From: Cyanobacteria bacterium J06614_10
GTDB taxonomy: Bacteria; Cyanobacteriota; Cyanobacteriia; Phormidesmidales; Phormidesmidaceae
Length of the DNA: 32,000 nt
Direction: 5' to 3'
Assembly: GCA_038527325.1 (NCBI GenBank)
Contig: JBCBFY010000029.1
Coordinates: 2,072 to 34,071, forward strand
Part shown: one piece after another, positions 26,031-32,000 of the stretch
Position numbering within the stretch: position 1 is the first letter of the stretch
Layout: the number at the start of each line of letters is the position of its first letter
Made by a program: the position numbers and the translations under genes
Notes under the pieces: generated by a model
What the model was told of the DNA's origin: nothing
Databases searched by the model: none
Seen by the model: the letters and a program-made list of their open reading frames with translations, nothing else

Positions 26031-27521
26031 ATGGCAAGCAAATGGAAGCGGCAGCGGCTAGTGTCTGCAGGAATCTGGGCGATCTGTGCTGCAGGCGCTA
26101 TTGAAGTGGGTCAATCTCAAACTGCGTTGGCGTTGCCCGAAAGCGAATCTGCGGCAGAGGCATTGCCACAGCTGGTAGTAGAGGAAGAAGCGCTAAGTGC
26201 GCCGGGTCAGGTTCAGCCTGCGATCGCACCTCAAGCCGCAGCCCCTGTTACCACTACTCAGCCAGCGGCGCAGCTAAATTCGGCCTACGTGCTTGGCCCT
26301 GGTGACACCATTCGTGTCGAAATTTTTAACGTGCCAGAATACAGCGGCAGTCAGCAGGTGCTGGCAGATGGATCGGTCAATCTGACTGCGATTAGCCCTG
26401 TTAATGTCAACGGCTTGACGCCTCAGGAGGCTGAAAAAGCTATCGCTGCTGCCTACCGTTCGGAGCTGCGATATCCCCAAATTACGGTGGTATTGGAAGT
26501 GCCTAGGCCGATGCGGGTTGCGATCGCTGGCGAGGTAGGCGCGCCCGGTCTCTACACGCTCACCCCAGAGGGCGACGCGCAAGTGCCTACGGTGGCTAGA
26601 GCCATCCAAACAGCAGGCGGGGTGACGCAGGCTGCTGACCTACGCAGTGTGCAGCTGCGCCGTACCAATGGCCGCGGCGAAACTGAAACAACAACTCTCA
26701 ACCTATGGGCACTGCTCAATGACGGCGATGTGCGACAAGATTTACCCCTGCGCGATGGCGACGCCATTATCATCGGCGAAACTGAAACGGTGAACCTGGC
26801 GGAAACAAACCGACTCTCGGCGTCTAACCTCTCTTCTGCTGTGGAGCAGGATATGGTGGTGGCGGTGGTGGGTGAAGTCTTCCGGCCCGGCGCTTACGAA
26901 TTTGGGGGCGCTGAGGCGAAGGGGCGGACCACGGTAACCCAGGCAGTGCAGACTGCGGGTGGCATTAAGCCCTCTGCGGATATTCAGCGAATTCAGGTGC
27001 GTCGGCTCACCCGAAGTGGCGCCGAGCAGCTGATCGATATCGACTTTTGGCAGCTGTTGCAACAGGGCGATCTCAGTCAGGATTTAGTTTTGCAGCAGGG
27101 CGATACGGTGATTATTCCGGAAGCTCGTGAGGTTACGCCGGATGAGCTATCGCAGATGGCAGCCGCAAATTTCTCGCCGGAAGGTGTGAAGGTGAATGTG
27201 GTTGGCGAGGTGGAAACTCCTGGTCAGCTACAGGTGCAGCCCAATACAACGTTGAATCAGGCGGTGCTGGCTGCCGGTGGCTTTACAACGCGCTCTACTG
27301 AGACGGTGGAGCTGATTCGGGTAAATCCTAACGGGAGCGTGACCCAGCGACAGATTGAGGTGGATCTCTCTGAAGGGCTAGATTCGGAAAAGAATCCGCT
27401 GCTCTTAAACAATGATGTGGTGCTGGTAGGGCGCAATGGCCGCGCTCGGTTTGGTGATTCTTTGGGCAGTGTGCTCGGCCCGGTGATGCAGCTACTCGCG
27501 CCTTTTAGATTGTTCTTTTAG
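26031..27521 (+). CDS. wza: Polysaccharide export protein (Wza/KpsD-like, Poly_export plus multiple SLBB domains)
   Basis: 496-aa ORF with a signal peptide (MASKWKRQRLVSAGIWAICAAGA). The Poly_export block is YVLGPGDTIRVEIFNVPEYSG..VLADGSVNL..VNVNGLTPQEAEKAIAAAY. SLBB-like units recur (VAIAGEVGAPGLYTL; VAVVGEVFRPGAYEF; VNVVGEVETPGQLQV). Confidence 0.85.
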   Translation: MASKWKRQRLVSAGIWAICAAGAIEVGQSQTALALPESESAAEALPQLVVEEEALSAPGQVQPAIAPQAAAPVTTTQPAAQLNSAYVLGPGDTIRVEIFNVPEYSGSQQVLADGSVNLTAISPVNVNGLTPQEAEKAIAAAYRSELRYPQITVVLEVPRPMRVAIAGEVGAPGLYTLTPEGDAQVPTVARAIQTAGGVTQAADLRSVQLRRTNGRGETETTTLNLWALLNDGDVRQDLPLRDGDAIIIGETETVNLAETNRLSASNLSSAVEQDMVVAVVGEVFRPGAYEFGGAEAKGRTTVTQAVQTAGGIKPSADIQRIQVRRLTRSGAEQLIDIDFWQLLQQGDLSQDLVLQQGDTVIIPEAREVTPDELSQMAAANFSPEGVKVNVVGEVETPGQLQVQPNTTLNQAVLAAGGFTTRSTETVELIRVNPNGSVTQRQIEVDLSEGLDSEKNPLLLNNDVVLVGRNGRARFGDSLGSVLGPVMQLLAPFRLFF

Positions 27522-27636
27522 GTTTGTTTTTGGCACTGCGCCGGAGCCACCCTAGATTGAGGTTTGGCTCTGGCGATTTGGTTCCTCATTCGTTACTCAG
27601 TTCGTCTTTATTCAGTTATTTTTATCGTGCGATCGC

Positions 27637-29964
27637 ATGGAAACTTCTCCCTCTCCTCTCTCTCCGGCAACACTCAATGGAAACGGTGCCTCCCCCGTTC
27701 CCATTTCTGCCGCGCCTGTGGATGCGTCTTCTTCTATGCTGGCTGCCTGGCAGCTCCATGCCCAACAAGAAGAAGATAGCGACCTGCGAAATCTGCTGGC
27801 CATGGTCCGGCGGCGAGCCTGGGTGATTGCCGGTGTCGCTGCCGTTGCGATGACTCTAATGACAGGCCGAGCAATCAACCAGGAAGAAATCTTCGAAGGA
27901 CAGTTTCGAGTTCTGGTAGAGCCGGTCAATGCGGAGGATGATTTCTCCGATTTGACGTCTATTCTGGGTGAGCAGGTTCCGAATAAATCCGGCCTCGACT
28001 ACGAGACTCAGGTGCAGGTTTTGCGCAGCCCGGAACTCATTGAGCCGCTGGCGGAGCAGCTGCGGCAAACCTATCCTGACCTCACTTATCTGAAGCTGTT
28101 AGACAACTTGAAAATCAATCGAGTTGGCGATACCAAGATCTTGGAAGTGAGCTACTCAGGCCCTGATCCCGTGCAGATTCAGGTTGTTCTAGATCAGCTC
28201 TCCAAGACCTATTTGAAATACTCTTTAGAAGAGCGCCAAACAAACCTACGGCAGGGGATCAACTTTGTTGAAAATCAGCTTCCCGATCTGCGGGCCGAGG
28301 TTGACAGCATCCAAAACCGCCTAGAATCTTTTCGTCAGCAGCACAACTTTATTACGCCAGATGTGCATGCGAGCCAGCTCTCTCAGCAGGCCGGTAGCCT
28401 CACTGAGCAGCGCCTCGAACTCGACCGGCAAATGGCCGTGATTGGGCAGACTGCTGAAAGTTTGCAGGATGATTCTGGCACGTTGGGCGCGCTCGAAGAG
28501 GCTCCCATTTATCAGCAGCTGCTCAGCGAGCTGAGATCTGTAGAAACAAAGCTGGCAGAGGAGCTAACGCGATTCTCTCCCGATAGTCTGGCTATTCGCG
28601 TTTTAGAAGAGCAGCGGGCAAATATTGTGCCGCTGCTGCAGCAAGAGGCGCAGCGCGTTGTCGGCACGAAGCAGGCCGTTGCTGCTAATGAGTTTCAGCT
28701 GGCCAATGCGCAAAGCGACTTGCTCTCTTCGGCGGAGCAACAGGTTGCCCAAGGCATGAGTGCACTGCCGACGCTGATTCGCCAATATACCGACTTGCAG
28801 CGGGAGCTGGAGATTGCAACAGATGCGCTCAGTCGCTTTCAGGTCACCCGGGAAACGCTTGAGATAGAAGCGGCGCAGACGGAGATCCCTTGGCAGCTGA
28901 TTGAAGTGCCAGTGCAAGAGACGCAGCCGATTTCGCCCAATTTACAGCGGAGCTTGCTGATGGCCTTTGTGGTTAGCCTGCTGGCCGGGCTCGCGGCTGC
29001 CATGCTGCTAGAAAAATTGGATAACGTCTATCACGATATTGATGAGCTGAAGGTGGGGACTAAGCTGCCCGTGCTCGGTATGCTGCCCTTCAACCGTGAA
29101 TTGAGAGATGGACGGACGCCTGAAAAGGGTGCGATCGCTTCTCTGGTAGACACGGTTTCTCAAATTCGCATCGGTAAGCCACAGAACGATGGCTATGGCT
29201 ACGGCAATAGCGAATCTAGCTTTTTGGAAGCGCTACGGGTACTGCATACAAATATTCGCATGCTCAGCTCTGACCACCCCATTCGCTCCATTATCGTTAG
29301 CTCTGCGATGCCGGGAGATGGCAAGTCTACGGTGTGTGCCAACCTAGCTCAGGTGGCGACTGCCATGGGCCAGCGCGTGCTGATTGTAGATGTAGACCTG
29401 CGCAAGCCGCAGGTGCATGAGCGACTCGATGTTGATAATGACTTGGGCCTTTCTAACCTGATTGCAGATGATTTGCCTCTGAAGTCTGCCATTAAGCAGC
29501 TGACGCCTTCTGGCCAGCTCTTTGTGCTGACGGCGGGGCAGATTCCGCCTGACCCGACGAAGCTACTGGCTTCTCGGAAGATGCAGCAGCTGATGGGTAC
29601 GTTCGAGCGCTGCTTTGACCTGGTGATATACGACGCGCCGCCGACGACCGGTCTGGCAGACGTGAGCCTGATTGGTCAGCGGACGGATGGACTAGTGCTG
29701 GTTTCCCGAATGGGCCGGACAGATCGGAACGTGCTCAAGCAAACGATTGAGACCCTGAAGCTGGCGCAGATTACGACCTTGGGCGTAGTGGCCAATGGCA
29801 TCCGCTCGAACCGATATAGTGGCTACCGCTACTACAACTATGGCTCGGATGCTCCGAATATGCTCTCTAGCAACATAGAGCTAGCCAGCAGCATCAATCC
29901 TTCCACGGCTGATTTGACAAGTTCTGACACCTCTTCAACCAACCACAATGACCTTTCCCTCTAG
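27637..29964 (+). CDS. wzc: Polysaccharide co-polymerase / tyrosine autokinase (Wzc/GumC-like BY-kinase)
   Basis: 775-aa ORF. It has a Wzz-type N-terminal TM plus periplasmic coiled-coil region and a second TM (LLMAFVVSLLAGLAAAML). In the cytoplasmic P-loop domain, Walker A is SSAMPGDGKSTV, Walker A' is VLIVDVDLRKP, and Walker B is LVIYDAPP. A C-terminal tyrosine cluster RYSGYRYYNYG is followed by a Ser/Thr-rich tail. Confidence 0.88.
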   Translation: METSPSPLSPATLNGNGASPVPISAAPVDASSSMLAAWQLHAQQEEDSDLRNLLAMVRRRAWVIAGVAAVAMTLMTGRAINQEEIFEGQFRVLVEPVNAEDDFSDLTSILGEQVPNKSGLDYETQVQVLRSPELIEPLAEQLRQTYPDLTYLKLLDNLKINRVGDTKILEVSYSGPDPVQIQVVLDQLSKTYLKYSLEERQTNLRQGINFVENQLPDLRAEVDSIQNRLESFRQQHNFITPDVHASQLSQQAGSLTEQRLELDRQMAVIGQTAESLQDDSGTLGALEEAPIYQQLLSELRSVETKLAEELTRFSPDSLAIRVLEEQRANIVPLLQQEAQRVVGTKQAVAANEFQLANAQSDLLSSAEQQVAQGMSALPTLIRQYTDLQRELEIATDALSRFQVTRETLEIEAAQTEIPWQLIEVPVQETQPISPNLQRSLLMAFVVSLLAGLAAAMLLEKLDNVYHDIDELKVGTKLPVLGMLPFNRELRDGRTPEKGAIASLVDTVSQIRIGKPQNDGYGYGNSESSFLEALRVLHTNIRMLSSDHPIRSIIVSSAMPGDGKSTVCANLAQVATAMGQRVLIVDVDLRKPQVHERLDVDNDLGLSNLIADDLPLKSAIKQLTPSGQLFVLTAGQIPPDPTKLLASRKMQQLMGTFERCFDLVIYDAPPTTGLADVSLIGQRTDGLVLVSRMGRTDRNVLKQTIETLKLAQITTLGVVANGIRSNRYSGYRYYNYGSDAPNMLSSNIELASSINPSTADLTSSDTSSTNHNDLSL

Positions 29965-31444
29965 GCCGAAATCGTTTGGTTCGTCGGTGCTATCGCGCCA
30001 AGTGCAGTGGCAGCACCCAAAACTGGTTCAAAGCGGTATAGACCAAACGCGTTTGGCGATCGCGGATGCCCCCGTTGGAGCTGAGCCCTTCTCTTTTTTG
30101 GTGATGGGCGATACAGACGCAGGCCACTCTGGTAATGCCGCTTCAGCCGATGAGATGCTTCCCTTTGTAGAGGCGTTTGCACAGCAGATGCAGCCCTACG
30201 TCAATGAGAGCCGGTTTGTATTGCATACCGGAGATGTCACTTACCCAGCTGGCACATACCAAAACTATTTCACCGGATTTCTGTCGCCGTACCGGCAGCT
30301 ACTCTCTCAGCTGCCAAGTAGCCCAGCCTACCGCAGCGGAGACGTCGTGTTCAAGCGTCCGCTTTTACCGGTGCCGGGTAACCACGACTATGCCAAACCT
30401 GCTCGCACCGATAGGCTGTGGTTGGCGTTGCGGCGTCGCTGCTGTGATGTATTGCGCCAGCGCTTTGGCATCGATCTTGGTGGGTATGGTGGTTACGGCG
30501 CAGAAGCTTACGGCCAGACGTTTTTAGATGACTTATCTAAACTGTCTGAAGACGATCTTTCTGTTCACTTGGCGGCGCACTACCGCGCTTCTATTCCATC
30601 TTCTCAATTCTCTGGAAGCTCCTCCCCGGTTGGCTCGTCGGTAGACCGTAACCACCCGGCAACGCACTGCTTGGACTATCGCCCAGGGCAGTTTACTCGC
30701 TTGCCTAATCGGTATTACACCTTCCACTATGGGGGCGTCGATTTCTTTGCGCTTGATTCAAACACTTGGAACGGGTCGCCGGAGAAAAAGGGCTTTGATC
30801 ACGAACAGCTAGCTTGGCTAGAGCGCGAGCTGATCCGCTCTTGGCGATCACCCGATGTCACAGGGCGTATCATTTATCTGCACCATTCTCCCTACACGAC
30901 TGAAGGCTATCGCTGGCAGCAGCCGGATACGCTGTGGGTGCGACAGCATCTGCGCGATGTGTTCGACCGGGCAGCCCTAGCGCTAAGAGATCACGGGTTA
31001 GAACAGAACTATCCCTTGGTAGATGTGGTGATAAGCGGCCATGCTCATTGCCTGGAGCATGTGAAGACGGCGCAAACGACCTATGCCGATAGCCAGACCG
31101 ATTGGCTCGTGTGTGGTGGCAGCGGCTTTGGCCTGAGACGACAGCGCCGCATGGGTAAAGACCTCTTAGAGAATGTTGTTCGGCGAGGGCGCAGCGAGAC
31201 AGACGTGGTTGCAGAGTCTCAACTCTATGCGGGGGTGCATGGCAGCTCGCGCAAGCAGCGTAAGTTTCATAGCTTTGTACGGATAGATGTACAGCCCAAT
31301 CAGCCTGAAAAAATCGTTGTTTGTCCTTTCATCGTGACGATGGTGGACGGACAATGGCGAACTAAGGCACTGGCTCCTTTTGCTGTTGGCCAGCCCCATT
31401 CCGACTATGCCAAAGTTCGAACCAGCGCTAGGGTCAGCGCTTAG
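29948..31444 (+). CDS. Calcineurin-like metallophosphoesterase
   Basis: 498-aa ORF with the ordered metallophosphoesterase motifs LVMGDTDAG, HTGDVTYPAG, VPGNHDY, YLHHSPY and ISGHAHCLEH. The ATG at 29948 overlaps the wzc stop (29962-29964) by 17 nt in a different frame. An alternative GTG start at 29986 would leave a 21-nt gap. Confidence 0.8.
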   Translation: MTFPSRPKSFGSSVLSRQVQWQHPKLVQSGIDQTRLAIADAPVGAEPFSFLVMGDTDAGHSGNAASADEMLPFVEAFAQQMQPYVNESRFVLHTGDVTYPAGTYQNYFTGFLSPYRQLLSQLPSSPAYRSGDVVFKRPLLPVPGNHDYAKPARTDRLWLALRRRCCDVLRQRFGIDLGGYGGYGAEAYGQTFLDDLSKLSEDDLSVHLAAHYRASIPSSQFSGSSSPVGSSVDRNHPATHCLDYRPGQFTRLPNRYYTFHYGGVDFFALDSNTWNGSPEKKGFDHEQLAWLERELIRSWRSPDVTGRIIYLHHSPYTTEGYRWQQPDTLWVRQHLRDVFDRAALALRDHGLEQNYPLVDVVISGHAHCLEHVKTAQTTYADSQTDWLVCGGSGFGLRRQRRMGKDLLENVVRRGRSETDVVAESQLYAGVHGSSRKQRKFHSFVRIDVQPNQPEKIVVCPFIVTMVDGQWRTKALAPFAVGQPHSDYAKVRTSARVSA

Positions 31445-31825
31445 GTAGCGCTGACTAGGTGGCGCTCCACGGTGGTGTATGGCAGATAGGTATCTCCTAT
31501 GAAGCTAGCGCTGGGTGGTTGATTTCCGGTAATGTGTTTTATCAAGAATTCCTGCTTATTTTTATCGTTGCTGCTTAGTTTGAGTCTGGCATTGGGAAAA
31601 GTAACTACGTAGATACAGCACCTATTTTGTAGGAAGGTCTACTTCAGGAATAGACAATCAGGATGGCTTTGCCGCTGCACTGCAACATAAATGATAACGA
31701 TTGATTTTGTCACTGCAGTCTTCTTTGCTTGAGCGCTTTGGTACCCGTTTAAGCGCTACCACAGGTCGCTATTGAAAGTTGCTTTTGTCTGTTTGTATGG
31801 CTAGTTTTGTACTAAGGAAGGATAC

Positions 31826-32000
31826 ATGGTGCTCGAACAGCCTTTAGCTCGGAATATTCGAGTATCTAAGGAGCGCGTAGTAAATTCGGCGGCTGTGTCG
31901 GAGTCTGGCGCGCTGCAGCTACTGACTTTGACGCAGTTCTTTCCGCCTGATTTTGCTGCGACTGGTCAGCTCATTGAGGAGCTGGTGGGTCAGCTGGGCC
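31826..32000 (+). CDS. Glycosyltransferase family 4 (WcaI/WbuB-like), 5' partial, runs off the window
   Basis: The ATG at 31826 is preceded by aaggaagga. Translation gives MVLEQPLARNIRVSKERVVNSAAVSESGALQLLTLTQFFPPDFAATGQLIEELVGQLG. The block LTQFFPPDFAATGQLIEEL is the typical N-terminal signature of this GT4 subgroup. It is not in the ORF track because no stop is reached. Confidence 0.65.
   Translation, partial: MVLEQPLARNIRVSKERVVNSAAVSESGALQLLTLTQFFPPDFAATGQLIEELVGQLG

Overview
This window reads as cyanobacterial chromosome. I counted about 36 copies of the HIP1 octamer GCGATCGC in 32 kb by eye, and overall GC looks to be in the upper 50s percent. Most of it is ordinary housekeeping genes with a few accessory insertions.

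Gene content in order:
- ribD (-)
- MscS-family channel (+)
- small Cys-rich protein (-)
- an ORF that is an alpha/beta-hydrolase N-terminus fused to a BioF-like C-terminus (-)
- DUF4058 protein (-)
- TPR protein (+)
- a 1431-aa multidomain surface or secreted protein, with domains DUF4347, 2x CBM-like, Ig-like, Calx-beta, C-type lectin, PA14 and a sugar-dehydrogenase propeller (-)
- a 0.9-kb non-coding divergent region
- HU (+)
- the cyanobacterial TCA-bypass pair: succinate-semialdehyde dehydrogenase plus an acetolactate-synthase-like 2-oxoglutarate decarboxylase (+)
- MltA-like lipoprotein (+)
- a lower-GC cassette carrying a C5 cytosine methyltransferase and an HNH endonuclease (a Type II R-M pair), abutted by a decayed IS66-like transposase fragment
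- a Prx5-type peroxiredoxin paralog lacking the peroxidatic cysteine (-), next to katG (-)
- an ABCD/YddA-type fused ABC transporter with an in-frame 15-bp x6 tandem repeat (-)
- a hypothetical protein and an orphan DppC/OppC-type permease (+)
- the start of an exopolysaccharide locus: wza-like exporter, wzc-like BY-kinase co-polymerase, an overlapping calcineurin-like metallophosphoesterase and a partial GT4 glycosyltransferase

I saw no CRISPR array, rRNA or tRNA.

The observations I consider most worth follow-up are:
- the metallophosphoesterase tightly coupled to wzc, as a possible non-canonical Wzb replacement
- the Cys-less Prx next to katG
- the hydrolase::BioF chimera
- the R-M cassette with the IS remnant

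All functional calls come from motif recognition by eye. No database search was run.
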